From Alphaproteobacteria bacterium (GTDB lineage: Bacteria; Pseudomonadota; Alphaproteobacteria; SP197): 64,000 nucleotides of DNA. The translations under genes and the position numbers were made by a program. Under the pieces are notes generated by a model. That model ran no database searches, was not told the origin of the DNA, and worked only from the letters and a program-made list of their open reading frames with translations. The DNA lies in the NCBI GenBank assembly GCA_964291415.2, contig OZ219920.1, positions 1,152,001 through 1,216,000 on the forward strand. Reading direction: 5' to 3'. Positions 20,566 through 31,842 of this stretch are shown piece by piece; position 1 is the first letter of the stretch; each line of letters opens with the position of its first letter.

Positions 20566-21237
20566 TCAGTAGCGACGCAACAGGCCAACCAGACGACCCT
20601 GAACCCTGACGCGACCCGAATCATAGTGGTTTGTGTGGTACGCCGGATTGGATGCCTCGAGCGCGGTTGTCCTGCCTGATCGGCGCAACCGCTTGAGTGT
20701 CGCCTCGGTCTCATCGATCAAGGCGACAACGATGGCGCCGTTCTCTGCTGTTTCGGCGTGCTCGATGATGACCGTATCACCATCAAGAATACCGGCGCCA
20801 ATCATGGAGTCACCGTCGATCTCCAGGGCGTAGCACTTTCTCGCGCCGACGATGCCGGCGGGGACCTCGACATTCCCGCTCGGATCACGCAGGGCCTCGA
20901 TAGGCGTGCCGGCTGCTATCCTTCCGTGCAGCGGCAACATCACGGTGTTGTCATTGGACGCTGCCGGAGAGTCACGAAACATGGGTCCCACGTTTGCAGA
21001 CATGTCCCGCTGGCTGTGGGGCTCAGGTGGCATTTTCAGGATCTCGAGCGCCCGGGCACGATAGGGGAGGCGCCGCAGGAACCGGCGTTCTTCCAGAGCC
21101 TTGATCATGCGGTGGATCCCGGATTTCGACCTGATGCCGACCGCGTTCTTCATTTCCTCGAAGGAGGGCGAAATGCCGTCCCTGGCGAGGCGGCTGTTGA
21201 TGTAGAGCAACAGTTCCTGCTGTTTGGGTGTCAACAT
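20566..21237 (-). CDS. lexA: SOS repressor LexA
   Basis: MLTPKQ.ELL, PSFEEMK, IAAG cleavage site, GDSM Ser and ATLKR Lys. Confidence 0.96.
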   Translation of the reverse strand: MLTPKQQELLLYINSRLARDGISPSFEEMKNAVGIRSKSGIHRMIKALEERRFLRRLPYRARALEILKMPPEPHSQRDMSANVGPMFRDSPAASNDNTVMLPLHGRIAAGTPIEALRDPSGNVEVPAGIVGARKCYALEIDGDSMIGAGILDGDTVIIEHAETAENGAIVVALIDETEATLKRLRRSGRTTALEASNPAYHTNHYDSGRVRVQGRLVGLLRRY

Positions 21238-21274
21238 GTCCGGACCCCCTTGCACGAGAGAGATGTTGCCATTT

Positions 21275-21289
21275 GTTCTAGTAAAGTTC
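21275..21289. promoter_or_regulatory. Alphaproteobacterial LexA box (SOS box)
   Basis: GTTC-TAGTAAA-GTTC, an exact GTTC-N7-GTTC, 37 bp upstream of the lexA start. Confidence 0.9.
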
Positions 21290-21292
21290 ACC

Positions 21293-22492
21293 TTATGTGT
21301 CAACTCTCATGATCGGCACCTGCCCGCCTGCAGGAACAGCGGGAGCGTGGGGGGCGCGAATGATGAAGCACGATGCTGACGCGAGCACCGCCACCATGGA
21401 ACTGTCCTGTCTGTCGAAGGCCGTCGCTTCGAGTTGGCCGGACGCATTCCGTGCATGAGTCGCCCTCAGGTAGTCCTGCCGCTCGTCGTTGGCCGTCAGG
21501 TCCGTTGAGGTGATCGCCGTTTCCGTGCCGGTATCGCCATCGACGCGACCGAGCATGGCGTGAATGGCCGGACGCAGGAACAGGTGTCCGCACACCAGGG
21601 TGGAGACAGGATTGCCGGGAAACCCGAGAACGGGCATGGATCCCAGGAGGCCGAAGGCCAATGGCTTGCCCGGACGCATGGCAACCTTCCAGAAATCAAG
21701 GTCCATGCCTTGTTCATCCATGACCTTGCGGACCAGGTCGTGTTCGCCCACGGACATCCCGCCGGTCACAACAAGCATGTCGCTTCCAGCCGCGTGGCGA
21801 AGACACTCCAGTATGGATTGCCTGTTGTCGCGCGCAATGCCGAGGTTGACCGCTTCGCCGCCCGCCTGGGTGACAAGCGCTCCGAGCACCAGGGAATTCG
21901 AACTGACGACCTGGTCGGGACGCGGGATATCACCTGGCCGCACAAGTTCGTCGCCGGTGCCCATGATGGCGATCCTCGGTCGTCGGGCGACCTGGACCCA
22001 GGACGCATTCATTGAAGCGATCAGGCCAATCTCGCGTGGTCCCAGAAGACGTCCAGCCAGCCCGGCTGCATCTCCTTGGGCAAAGTCAAGACCCTGCGGG
22101 CGCACAAACCGGCCTTCATGGACCGACTCCTGGACAGTCACCCTCGATCCGTCACGCACGGTGTTCTCCTGGATCACCACACTGTCGGCTCCGGCCGGCA
22201 ACACACCGCCGGTGAAGATCCGCACCGCCTCACCGGGCCCGATGGTTCCGGTCAGGGCGTGGCCCGCCGGAGCCTCGCCAACGATGTCGAGAGTGGTCGG
22301 GACGGTGGAGACATCGACGGCCCGCACCGCATAGCCATCCATGGACGAGACCGCGGCAGGAGGTTTGGTGACAGCGGATACGACATCAACGGCCAGAACC
22401 CGGCCGGCAGACTGTGACAGCGTCACTTCCTCGAAAGGGACTCTCGCCAGGTTCCGCCGAATGCGCGCACCGGCTTCGTCAACGCTGATCAT
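21293..22492 (-). CDS. moeA: Molybdopterin molybdotransferase
   Basis: [40 protein letters not shown]. Confidence 0.96.
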   Translation of the reverse strand: MISVDEAGARIRRNLARVPFEEVTLSQSAGRVLAVDVVSAVTKPPAAVSSMDGYAVRAVDVSTVPTTLDIVGEAPAGHALTGTIGPGEAVRIFTGGVLPAGADSVVIQENTVRDGSRVTVQESVHEGRFVRPQGLDFAQGDAAGLAGRLLGPREIGLIASMNASWVQVARRPRIAIMGTGDELVRPGDIPRPDQVVSSNSLVLGALVTQAGGEAVNLGIARDNRQSILECLRHAAGSDMLVVTGGMSVGEHDLVRKVMDEQGMDLDFWKVAMRPGKPLAFGLLGSMPVLGFPGNPVSTLVCGHLFLRPAIHAMLGRVDGDTGTETAITSTDLTANDERQDYLRATHARNASGQLEATAFDRQDSSMVAVLASASCFIIRAPHAPAVPAGGQVPIMRVDT

Positions 22493-22964
22493 GGCGCCAA
22501 TCGCCGGAACGTCCGCCCGATTTCTCGACGAGGTGGATGCCGTCGATCGCCATATGCCGATCAACCGCCTTCAGCATGTCATAGACAGTCAATGCCGCCA
22601 CCGAAACAGCGGTCAGAGCTTCCATCTCCACTCCGGTTCTGCCCGTCACCCTGCATGTGGCGACGATGGTGACGGCGGAACGTTCCGTGTCGGGTTCAAG
22701 CACGACGCTTGCCGAGGTCAACCCCAGGGGATGGCACAGCGGAATGATCTCCGAAGTCTTCTTGGCCGCCATGATGCCGGCGATACGGGCCACTGCGAGT
22801 ACGTCTCCCTTTGGTGCATCACCAGCCACAACGAGATCGAGTGTGCGCCGATCCATTGTCACGCGGCCTCGGGCGCTCGCCACCCTCTCGGTCACTGCCT
22901 TGGCCGAGACATCAACCATGCGCGCCTTTCCGCTGGTATCGAGATGGGTCAGTGAATCTTTCAT
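22479..22964 (-). CDS. moaC: Cyclic pyranopterin monophosphate synthase
   Basis: [36 protein letters not shown]. Confidence 0.97.
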   Translation of the reverse strand: MKDSLTHLDTSGKARMVDVSAKAVTERVASARGRVTMDRRTLDLVVAGDAPKGDVLAVARIAGIMAAKKTSEIIPLCHPLGLTSASVVLEPDTERSAVTIVATCRVTGRTGVEMEALTAVSVAALTVYDMLKAVDRHMAIDGIHLVEKSGGRSGDWRHDQR

Positions 22965-23004
22965 CGCATGGTTTCCCTGGACCAAAGCAGCCATGTGGAA
23001 GATG

Positions 23005-23799
23005 TCATGACGCAGCGCCGAGGAGAGCCCGCGTGGCGGCACCGATATCAGCCTGGCGCATGAGGTGTTCACCCGCCAGGAAGCGCCTGATCCCCGCCCG
23101 CATCATGGTCATCAGGTCTCCGTGGGATCTGAGCCCGCTTTCACACACCACATCCCGGTCCGAAGGTACAAGGGGACAGAGCGTGAGAGCCGTCTGAAGA
23201 TCCACTTGGAGCGTCCTGAGATTGCGGTTGTTGATGCCGACAAGCCTGGCATCAAGGATGAGGGCCCGTTCCAGTTCACTGTGATCGTGAACTTCGACAA
23301 GCACGTCGAGATCGTGGTCCCGCGCTGCCGACACGAGTTCTCCGGCAAGCGCATCGTCGACGACGGCAAGGATGACGAGAATGCAGTCGGCGCCGATGGC
23401 TCTCGATTCGGCCACCTGGTAGGGATCGACCATGAAGTCCTTGCGCAGGCAGGGCAGGCCACTTGAGTCGCGGGCAGCCTTGAGATCTTCGTCCCTGCCG
23501 GCAAACCACGGTGTGTCGGTCAGAACGGAAAGACAGGCAGCTCCGGCCTTCCTGTACGTCCTGGCAATCCTTCCGGCGTCGACATCCTCCCGAATCAATC
23601 CGGCGCTGGGCGAGGCCTTCTTGATTTCGGCGATGAGCCCGATACCGTCCGCAGCCTTGGCTGCCAGTGCTGCTGCAAACCCGGCAGGTGGGGGCAGAGT
23701 GCGAATCGTTGCCTCAAGATCCGCGAATGGCCGGCATGCCTTGCGGCGCGCAACATGGTTCCGCTTGTCACGGCAGATGCGTTCGAGAACATCCGACAT
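23005..23799 (-). CDS. trpC: Indole-3-glycerol phosphate synthase
   Basis: [33 protein letters not shown]. Confidence 0.97.
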   Translation of the reverse strand: MSDVLERICRDKRNHVARRKACRPFADLEATIRTLPPPAGFAAALAAKAADGIGLIAEIKKASPSAGLIREDVDAGRIARTYRKAGAACLSVLTDTPWFAGRDEDLKAARDSSGLPCLRKDFMVDPYQVAESRAIGADCILVILAVVDDALAGELVSAARDHDLDVLVEVHDHSELERALILDARLVGINNRNLRTLQVDLQTALTLCPLVPSDRDVVCESGLRSHGDLMTMMRAGIRRFLAGEHLMRQADIGAATRALLGAAS

Positions 23800-23804
23800 G
23801 GCGG

Positions 23805-24836
23805 TCAGGCGTGACCGCCGGTAATCGCCACCAGGCGCTCAAGTGCCTGCCGGGCGGCACCGCTGTCGATCGACGCTCGAGCCAGTGCCACCCCTTGCGA
23901 AAGGGTGGATGCCCGTTGCGCAACGCAAAGCGATGCGGCGGCATTCAGAAGCACGGTATCGCGGAAAGCGCCGGGCTCGCCTTCGAGAAGGCCGCGGAGC
24001 GCCGCAGCGTTTTCTTCGGGCGAGCCACCGGCGATGGCCTGGAACGGGGCCGCCTCCAGGCCGGCATCGGCCGCACTCACCCTCGTGGCCCGGATCGTTC
24101 CATTGTCCAGGATTGCCACGAGATTGTCCGACGTGAGCGTCAGTTCGTCGCAGCCATCGGCACTGTGGACCACCCAGGCGCTCCTGGCTCCCAGTTCCCG
24201 CAGTACCTGGGCAAAGGGCTCAATCCACTCCTCCGCCGCCACACCCATGAGGTAGAGACCGACACACGCCGGATTGGCCAGCGGTCCGAGGAGATTGAAG
24301 ATAGTGCGCACGGCCAGTTCCTGCCGGGTCGGCATGACATGGCGCATGGCACCGTGATGATGCGGCGCCAGCATGAAGCCAATGCCTGCATCATCAATGG
24401 CGCGTTGCACGGTCTCGTAATCGGCAGCGAGATCAACGCCAAGCGCCGAGAGCACATCAGCCGCGCCCGAGCGTGATGATGCAGCCCGATTCCCGTGCTT
24501 TGCCACGGTGACGCCACAGCCGGCGACCACGAGTGCTGTCGCAGTGGAGATGTTGAGCGTTCCCTTGCCGTCGCCTCCGGTTCCGACAATGTCCATCGCA
24601 TCATCGGGAGCGGACATGCGGATCATCCGCGAGCGCAGGGAGCGCGCTCCGCCCGCAAGTTCCGCGACCGTCTCGCCACGAATCGCAAGGGCCATGAGGA
24701 AACCGCCCATCTGCGCTTGCGTGGCCTCCCCTGACATGATGACATCGAAGGCCCGGGAGGCCTCTTCCGCGTCGAGAGTCGCGCCCCTTGCAACACGGGC
24801 GATCCATGGCTTGAGACCCTGGGATTCGTCCGTCAC
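23805..24836 (-). CDS. trpD: Anthranilate phosphoribosyltransferase
   Basis: DIVGTGGDG, NIST, KHGNR..SS.SGAAD, RTIFNLLGPLANP; GTG start overlaps trpG stop. Confidence 0.96.
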   Translation of the reverse strand: MTDESQGLKPWIARVARGATLDAEEASRAFDVIMSGEATQAQMGGFLMALAIRGETVAELAGGARSLRSRMIRMSAPDDAMDIVGTGGDGKGTLNISTATALVVAGCGVTVAKHGNRAASSRSGAADVLSALGVDLAADYETVQRAIDDAGIGFMLAPHHHGAMRHVMPTRQELAVRTIFNLLGPLANPACVGLYLMGVAAEEWIEPFAQVLRELGARSAWVVHSADGCDELTLTSDNLVAILDNGTIRATRVSAADAGLEAAPFQAIAGGSPEENAAALRGLLEGEPGAFRDTVLLNAAASLCVAQRASTLSQGVALARASIDSGAARQALERLVAITGGHA

Positions 24837-25420
24837 GTGTGTTCTCCCGTCTCCAGCAGGTTCAGAAAGTTCTCGAGAATGCCATGACCATGTTCCGATT
24901 CGATGCTCTCGGGATGGAACTGGACGCCATGAATCGGCAATTCCCGGTGGCGAACACCCATGATGACGCCGTCTGCTGTCCAGGAATTGACTTCGAGACA
25001 CTCAGGCACGCTCCCGGGGCTCAGCGTCAGTGAATGGTATCGTGTCGCGCGAAGCGGCGAGGGGATTGCGTCGAATACGCCTTTGCCATCGTGTTCGATG
25101 ACCGAAATCTTGCCATGCATGGGACGGGGTGCGCGGTCGATGGTTCCGCCAAAGGCCTGACCGATCGCCTGATGCCCGAGGCAGACGCCAAGGAGGGGCA
25201 GAGACTCGCGGGCCGAGCGCTTCACGAGTTCAAGACAGATGCCCGCCCGGTCGGGATCACACGGTCCGGGAGATATGACGATGCCCCTTGGCCGCATGAC
25301 CATGATCTCGTCAACGGTGATCGCGTCGTTGCGGCGGACATCACACGAAGCACCCAGCTCTCCCAGGAAGTGCAGCAGGTTGTAGGTGAAGCTGTCGTAG
25401 TTGTCGATCAGCACAATCAT
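24833..25420 (-). CDS. trpG: Anthranilate synthase component II (glutamine amidotransferase)
   Basis: IDNYDSFTYN, SPGP, GVCLGHQ, GVQFHPES. Confidence 0.95.
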   Translation of the reverse strand: MIVLIDNYDSFTYNLLHFLGELGASCDVRRNDAITVDEIMVMRPRGIVISPGPCDPDRAGICLELVKRSARESLPLLGVCLGHQAIGQAFGGTIDRAPRPMHGKISVIEHDGKGVFDAIPSPLRATRYHSLTLSPGSVPECLEVNSWTADGVIMGVRHRELPIHGVQFHPESIESEHGHGILENFLNLLETGEHT

Positions 25421-25477
25421 GGTCAACCTCTCACCACCGGAGACGACTGGTCCAGGTCGGCATCGACGGACTATGCG

Positions 25478-27007
25478 TCAGGTCTGCCTGGGGTTGAAGC
25501 CCCGGGTTTGGCTGGCGAAAGCCACCGCTTCCTCGGCCGCCCTCAGGAGTGCTCGTGCCTTGTTGCGGCACTCCACGTGCTCGGCCTCTGGTTCGCTGTC
25601 CGCGACAATGCCCGCGCCAGCCTGGACATGAAGGACACCGTCTCGGATGACCGCCGTGCGCAACGCGATACAGGTGTCCATGGCACCATTTGCGGAAAAA
25701 TAGCCAATGGCTCCGGCGTAGACGCCACGGCGGTCCGTTTCGAGTTCGTCGATGATCTCCATGGCGCGCACCTTCGGAGCGCCGCTCACCGTGCCGGCCG
25801 GAAATCCCGCGATGAGGGCGTCGATGGCATCACATCCATCCTTCATCTCGCCTTCAACGTTGGAACTGATGTGCATGACATGGCTGTAACGTTCGATCTG
25901 GAAGCTCTCGGTCACATGGACACTGCCGATCGTGGCAACACGCCCGACGTCGTTGCGTCCGAGATCAAGCAGCATCAGGTGCTCGGCACGCTCCTTCGCA
26001 TCCGCCAGCAGCTCGTCACCGAGCTCCTGGTCCTCGACGGCATCACGTCCGCGCCGGCGGGTCCCCGCGAGCGGACGGATGGTCACGCGACCGTCTCTCA
26101 CCCGCACAAGTATTTCCGGGCTCGATCCGACGACCGCGAAACTGTCAAAATTGAGATAGAAGAGAAATGGCGAAGGATTGACTCGTCTCAATGCCCGGTA
26201 ATAGGCGAAGGGGGGCAGGGTGAAGGGCAGATCAAATCGCTGGGAGAGCACGATCTGAAACGCGTCGCCAGCATTGATGTAGTCCTTGGCCTTCTCCACC
26301 ATCTCCAGAAACTGCTCGTGGGGCGTGTTGGAAACCGCCTCGGCCGGACCATCATCACCGATCGCATACCCGCTGGCAGGGAGCGGGCGGTCAAAGTCCG
26401 CCACGACATCGGACAGTCGTTCACAGGCTCTTGCATAGGCAGCGCGGGCAGGGATGCCTGCCGCCGGCCAGACCGGTGTGACGATGGTGACTTCGTCCGC
26501 CACATTGTCGAAGATGGCCATGATTGTCGGGCGAATAAGCAGACCGTCGGGCACGTCGAGAACCCTCGGAGCCGTGGTCGGCAGATGCTCCATGAGGCGT
26601 ACCATCTCGTACCCGACATAGCCTACCAGCGCTGACGCCATGGGCGGCAGGGTTTCCGGCAAAGGAATTGCGCACTCCCTGACCAGGCGCTTCAGGGATT
26701 CGATCGCGCCAACTTCTTCCTCGACGAAGGCATCCGGTTCGTAGCGCGCACGGCGGTTGATATCCGCCCGGTTGCCGTGACACCGCCAGACAAGATCGGG
26801 GCGCATTCCGATGATCGAATACCGCCCCCTCGATTCACCTCCCTCGACGGATTCCAGCAGGAAGGTGTTCTTTTGCGATCCGGCAATCCTGAGCATCGCC
26901 GAGACCGGCGTCTCGAGATCGGCCACCAGTCTTGTCCACACGACCTGGGGTGCGGCGCTTCGATACTGCTCCTCGAACAGCGGGTAGTCGGGATCGTACT
27001 CTGCCAT
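25478..27007 (-). CDS. trpE: Anthranilate synthase component I
   Basis: LLESVEGG, NPSPF, GSSPE, AEHLMLLDLGRND, GTVSGAPK. Confidence 0.96.
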   Translation of the reverse strand: MAEYDPDYPLFEEQYRSAAPQVVWTRLVADLETPVSAMLRIAGSQKNTFLLESVEGGESRGRYSIIGMRPDLVWRCHGNRADINRRARYEPDAFVEEEVGAIESLKRLVRECAIPLPETLPPMASALVGYVGYEMVRLMEHLPTTAPRVLDVPDGLLIRPTIMAIFDNVADEVTIVTPVWPAAGIPARAAYARACERLSDVVADFDRPLPASGYAIGDDGPAEAVSNTPHEQFLEMVEKAKDYINAGDAFQIVLSQRFDLPFTLPPFAYYRALRRVNPSPFLFYLNFDSFAVVGSSPEILVRVRDGRVTIRPLAGTRRRGRDAVEDQELGDELLADAKERAEHLMLLDLGRNDVGRVATIGSVHVTESFQIERYSHVMHISSNVEGEMKDGCDAIDALIAGFPAGTVSGAPKVRAMEIIDELETDRRGVYAGAIGYFSANGAMDTCIALRTAVIRDGVLHVQAGAGIVADSEPEAEHVECRNKARALLRAAEEAVAFASQTRGFNPRQT

Positions 27008-27008
27008 C

Positions 27009-28853
27009 TCAAAACGACTGATCGATCATGTCGTCATTGATGCTGACCGTCGCGTCGTCGTGCAGGCTCGATACGAGTCTCTCGCTGATGTCGCGAATGA
27101 CTCCCTGCCGGAGCCCGGAACCGACCGCCGATACGTCCTCGGAAGAATGCCCTGCATTGATGATATCGATCAGACGGGCCACGACCTGGTGACTGCCATC
27201 CGCGGAGGTCCGCACCACCGTGTCACCCGGACGTGCGTCGAAGAGCGCTTCGACCGTCGCGAAGGAAAGATTGGCGACGGGTGGCATGGAGTAACGCATG
27301 AAAGGCTCGGTCACCACGAACGTGACACCGGCAAAGTCGAAGACATCGTTGAGATTTCCCGTCGAACCGGCGCCACTGGCGAGCCGGTCCGCTTCACGCG
27401 ATGCCAGTTCCGTTTGACGCTCGGCCTGCCAGTCCGAAAGAGCCTCGTCCCACACCTCGTTGAGAGTGCGCGCGCGTGCCGGCACGATCTCCGTCACTTC
27501 GACAACCAGCAGACCGCCGTCGTCGGTTTCCAGCACTGTCGAGACAAAACCGAGGTGGGCAAGAAAGATCTCCTCCAGGAACCCGGGTGTTTCAGGCACG
27601 ATCTGGAGGGAATCGGCATCCTCGGTCAGGCCACTCGCCGACACTCTGTCTATTGTCTTCAGTTCGAGACCCAGGGTTGATGCCATTTCAGAGGGCGCGG
27701 CCCCGGTGGCAATGAGATCATCGAGATCGTCGGCAAGGTCGAAGAGGGCGTAGCGTGCCTGCGCGAGAGCAAGTTCGCCACGAAGGATATCACGCGCCTC
27801 CTCCAGGGGTGCCACGACCCGGGCTTGTGCTTCGTCGATTCTGTAGATCAGCCAGCCGCCCAGGGGTGACTCAACGGGGCCGACAACAGCGCCGACGGTG
27901 GCGGCGAACACCGGTTCGGCCAGTTCCTCTAGGAGGTCGTCGCGACGCAGCCACCGCGCCTCGCTCTCTCCGGAGGCGGTCTCTTCAAAGGCCACGGAGA
28001 GACTTGCCTCAGCTTCCTCTCGTGTCGCGAAGCGGGACTGTCTGACCAGACGTTGCTCGGGCTCGATCCACCGGTCAGGCGCCGCGTTGTAGGCCGCCTC
28101 GATCTCTTCGGGCGCTATCTCGATCGTCCCGGCAACGTCCTCGGCGTAAACCAGAAGGTAGGACGCTGAACGGTACTCCGGCGCTTCATAGGCGCCGCTC
28201 CGGTCGGCAAACCACGACGCCAGCTCTCCATCTTGCGGTTCGGGCCGGACAACCAGAGCATCGTTGGGAATGACCGCCAGTTCCGCCGTCCTCTCTTCAT
28301 GACGGTACTGCGTGATTCTGCGCACCAGTTCATCGGGAAGGGAGGGCAGCGCACCCAGGCTGCCGATCAGCTGGCTGCGGGTGATGCCGCGAGAGAGACT
28401 GGCGAGATAGGTTTCCTCGGTGAGTCCGTTCATGGACAGGATGCCGGCGAAGACATTGCTGTCAAAGTTGCCTGACACGTCATGAAACATCTCGTTGTTG
28501 ACGATCGCGCCCCTGAGGGTGGCGTCGTTTGCCGTAATGCCGAATGTCCCTGCCGCCTGATCGAGCAGCGTGTCCTGAACAAGCTGTTCGAGAGCCAGTC
28601 TCGCCTGCTGGCGCGCCAGATCGGTACCAGGGTCGACCCGGATACCGCTGGTCTGCAGGGAACGCACATGATTGCGGTAGGCCACCTGCAGATCTCGAAC
28701 GTCGATGGCGACGTCACCGACCTCGGCGACCGTGGTCTCTCCCCGGCTGACAAAAATGTCGCCGACGCCCCAGCCAACGAAACTGAGAGCGACGACGCAC
28801 AGTATCACCTTGGCGGGCCACGACGAGGCGCCTTCACGAAGCTTTGTCAGCAT
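27009..28853 (-). CDS. ppiD: PpiD-like periplasmic folding chaperone (SurA N-terminal and parvulin-like domains)
   Basis: N-terminal TM 'LSFVGWGVGD', PE.R.ASY, GPVESPLG; conserved position between tpiA and trpE. Confidence 0.85.
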   Translation of the reverse strand: MLTKLREGASSWPAKVILCVVALSFVGWGVGDIFVSRGETTVAEVGDVAIDVRDLQVAYRNHVRSLQTSGIRVDPGTDLARQQARLALEQLVQDTLLDQAAGTFGITANDATLRGAIVNNEMFHDVSGNFDSNVFAGILSMNGLTEETYLASLSRGITRSQLIGSLGALPSLPDELVRRITQYRHEERTAELAVIPNDALVVRPEPQDGELASWFADRSGAYEAPEYRSASYLLVYAEDVAGTIEIAPEEIEAAYNAAPDRWIEPEQRLVRQSRFATREEAEASLSVAFEETASGESEARWLRRDDLLEELAEPVFAATVGAVVGPVESPLGGWLIYRIDEAQARVVAPLEEARDILRGELALAQARYALFDLADDLDDLIATGAAPSEMASTLGLELKTIDRVSASGLTEDADSLQIVPETPGFLEEIFLAHLGFVSTVLETDDGGLLVVEVTEIVPARARTLNEVWDEALSDWQAERQTELASREADRLASGAGSTGNLNDVFDFAGVTFVVTEPFMRYSMPPVANLSFATVEALFDARPGDTVVRTSADGSHQVVARLIDIINAGHSSEDVSAVGSGLRQGVIRDISERLVSSLHDDATVSINDDMIDQSF

Positions 28854-29006
28854 GGAGAGATCACGACTTGCAACGATTCATTCTAGGTTCACCAGCGAGC
28901 CTGGACAACCGTATTGTCTCACACGCACGTTCGAACCGCGCGACATGCTTGTCCCGGGGCCGGCATCGCTCTATTGAAAAAGCGCATCACAGGTTTCAAG
29001 ACGTTC

Positions 29007-29747
29007 ATGCGTTCACTCGTAGCAGGCAACTGGAAGATGAACGGCACGTTGGCCTGGGCACGGAACCAGGCTCGAAGACTTGCCGAAATGGCTGGAAACG
29101 GCCTTCCCTGCGATGTCCTCATCTGCCCTCCGGCGACGCTTCTCAACACGGTGGCGGAGCCGCTTCGCGATGCCGGAATCCTCGTGGGTGGCCAGGACTG
29201 CCATCACGCATCGCATGGCGCCTTCACCGGCGACATCGCTGCCACCATGCTGGCGGACCTTGGGTGCAGCCATGTTCTGGTGGGCCATTCGGAGCGCCGG
29301 ACGATTCACCGGGAGAGCAGCCACGACGTCAGGAGAAAGGCCATGGCCGCCCATCAGGCAGGTCTCGTCGCCATTGTCTGCATTGGTGAGGGCCGTGAGG
29401 AGCGGCGGGCGGGAAAGGCCTTTGATGCGACGGCAGGCCAGTTGGCTGGTTCGCTGCCGGCGGATGCCACGGCAGCCAATACCGTCATCGCCTGGGAGCC
29501 TGTCTGGGCCATCGGCACCGGCGATACCGCGAATGCGGCCGATGTGGTTGCCATGCACCAGTTTCTCAAGCAGCAGTCGAGTGCGCTGTTGGGGGATGGT
29601 GTTCGTGTTCTCTACGGCGGTTCCGTCAATCCGTCGAACTCTCGCGAACTTCTCGCCATCGAGCCTGTCGATGGCCTGCTTGTCGGCGGCGCCAGTCTCG
29701 ACCCCGACACATTCTGGCAGATCGCCGCTGACGGCGCGCCGGATTGA
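29007..29747 (+). CDS. tpiA: Triosephosphate isomerase
   Basis: VAGNWKMN, GHSERR, WEPVWAIGTG, YGGSV, LVGGASL. Confidence 0.97.
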   Translation: MRSLVAGNWKMNGTLAWARNQARRLAEMAGNGLPCDVLICPPATLLNTVAEPLRDAGILVGGQDCHHASHGAFTGDIAATMLADLGCSHVLVGHSERRTIHRESSHDVRRKAMAAHQAGLVAIVCIGEGREERRAGKAFDATAGQLAGSLPADATAANTVIAWEPVWAIGTGDTANAADVVAMHQFLKQQSSALLGDGVRVLYGGSVNPSNSRELLAIEPVDGLLVGGASLDPDTFWQIAADGAPD

Positions 29748-29813
29748 AGTGAGTGGCACGGCCGGGAGCACTGTGCTACATCAGCGGCGCGGTGAACATG
29801 TGTGAGGACTGCC

Positions 29814-30122
29814 GTGCAGACCATCCTTCTCATTCTGCATGTGCTCTTCGCCCTGGCCATTGTCGGACTCGTCCTGTTGCAGCGGGGTGAGGGCGGTGGC
29901 CTGGGCATGGGCGGCGGCGGCAACATGCAGGGACTGATGTCCGCACGCGGCACGGCAAGCATGATGACGCGGGCCACGGCGATTGCGGCCACGCTCTTCT
30001 TCATCTCGAGCCTGGCACTCAGCATCATGGTGTCCGATCGCGGCGAGAGCATCTCGATTGTCGATGAGATCGAGATTCCGGCGCCGGTCGAGACCATTCC
30101 CACCGTACCGACTTCGGAATGA
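29814..30122 (+). CDS. secG: Preprotein translocase subunit SecG
   Basis: VLLQRGEGGGLG, two TM helices; GTG start after GAGGA. Confidence 0.93.
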   Translation: MQTILLILHVLFALAIVGLVLLQRGEGGGLGMGGGGNMQGLMSARGTASMMTRATAIAATLFFISSLALSIMVSDRGESISIVDEIEIPAPVETIPTVPTSE

Positions 30123-30210
30123 CGCCCGGGGGCACGGCGGACCATTTTTCCACAGCAGGCGTGATCCCTGACACTTTGTCCGGCAGGGCCGTGTGCTACG
30201 TTGGGCGTCC

Positions 30211-31839
30211 ATGACGCGATACATTTTCGTGACCGGCGGCGTGGTGTCCTCCCTCGGCAAGGGGTTGACGACGGCCGCGCTGGGCGCCCTTCTGCAGTCC
30301 CGTGGCTACTCGGTTCGGCTGCGCAAGTTCGATCCCTATCTCAACGTCGATCCCGGAACCATGAACCCGTATCAGCACGGAGAGGTGTTCGTCACCGATG
30401 ACGGTGCCGAGACCGACCTCGATCTGGGACACTATGAACGGTTCACCGGCGTTCCGGCCCGTCGTTCAGATACGGTGACAAGCGGACGGGTCTATTCGGA
30501 TGTGCTGACCCGCGAACGGCGGGGCGACTACCTCGGTGGTACTGTCCAGGTCATTCCCCACGTCACCGATGTCATCAAGGAGTACATTCGGGCGGACACG
30601 GATCATGCCGACTTCGTCCTGTGCGAAGTCGGCGGCACGGTCGGTGATATCGAGGGGCTGCCATTCCTGGAAGCGATGCGGCAGATGGTGCAGGAACTTC
30701 CCCCGCATCATTCGATCCTCATTCACCACACGCTGGTGCCCTACCTGAAGGCATCCGGCGAACTCAAGACCAAGCCAACCCAGCATTCCGTCAAGGAACT
30801 GCGGTCGATCGGCTTGCAGCCGGACATCCTGGTTTGCCGTTGCGAACGCGACATACCGGAAGGTGAGCGCAGCAAGATCGCACTCTTCTGCAACGTCCGC
30901 GAGTCGGCGGTCATTCCGGCGCTCGATGTCGACACCATCTACCAGGTCCCCGTTTCCTATCACGAAGCGGGGCTGGACCGCGAAGTTCTGAAGGCTTTCG
31001 CCATGAGCGATGAACACGCTCCCGACCTCGTGTCATGGCGCCAGGTGGTGAAGGGCATACGCAATCCGGAGGACGAGGTCACCATCGCCGTCGTCGGCAA
31101 GTACACCGGCCTGGCCGACGCCTACAAGTCACTCAACGAGGCGCTGGCGCACGGGGGCATTGCCAACCGGGTGAGAGTCAGCTTGCGCTGGATCGATTCC
31201 GAGGTGTTCGAGCGCGAGGACGCGGTGGCTCATCTCGATTCAGTGAATGGCATTCTGGTGCCCGGAGGATTCGGCTCGCGTGGCACCCGCGGCAAGATCG
31301 CCGCCGTCTCCTTCGCCAGGGAACACCGCATTCCCTATTTCGGAATCTGTTTCGGAATGCAGATGGCGGTTATCGAGGTGTCGCGGAACATGGCTGGAAT
31401 CGAGGGGGCGTCTTCGACGGAGTTCGGTCCGGCGCGGGATCCGGTGGTCGGCCTGCTGACGGAATGGATCGACGGTGACAGGGTTGAGACACGCACTGGC
31501 GACGGGAACCTCGGGGGCACGATGCGTCTTGGCGCCTTCGACTGTGCCATTGCCAAGGGCACGCGGGTTGCCGACATCTACCGCAGGGACCTCATCAGTG
31601 AACGGCATCGGCACCGCTATGAGGTCAACATCAACTACCGTGTCATCCTGGAAGAGCACGGGTTGGTGTTTTCGGGCCTGTCGCCGGATGGCCAGCTACC
31701 GGAAATCATCGAACTGGGCGATCACCCCTGGTTTGTCGGGGTCCAGTTTCATCCGGAGCTCAAGTCGCGACCTTTTGATCCGCATCCGCTCTTTGCCTCG
31801 TTCATCGAGGCTGCCGTGACACAGTCGAGGCTGGTCTGA
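30211..31839 (+). CDS. pyrG: CTP synthase
   Basis: [36 protein letters not shown]. Confidence 0.98.
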   Translation: MTRYIFVTGGVVSSLGKGLTTAALGALLQSRGYSVRLRKFDPYLNVDPGTMNPYQHGEVFVTDDGAETDLDLGHYERFTGVPARRSDTVTSGRVYSDVLTRERRGDYLGGTVQVIPHVTDVIKEYIRADTDHADFVLCEVGGTVGDIEGLPFLEAMRQMVQELPPHHSILIHHTLVPYLKASGELKTKPTQHSVKELRSIGLQPDILVCRCERDIPEGERSKIALFCNVRESAVIPALDVDTIYQVPVSYHEAGLDREVLKAFAMSDEHAPDLVSWRQVVKGIRNPEDEVTIAVVGKYTGLADAYKSLNEALAHGGIANRVRVSLRWIDSEVFEREDAVAHLDSVNGILVPGGFGSRGTRGKIAAVSFAREHRIPYFGICFGMQMAVIEVSRNMAGIEGASSTEFGPARDPVVGLLTEWIDGDRVETRTGDGNLGGTMRLGAFDCAIAKGTRVADIYRRDLISERHRHRYEVNINYRVILEEHGLVFSGLSPDGQLPEIIELGDHPWFVGVQFHPELKSRPFDPHPLFASFIEAAVTQSRLV

Positions 31840-31842
31840 ACC

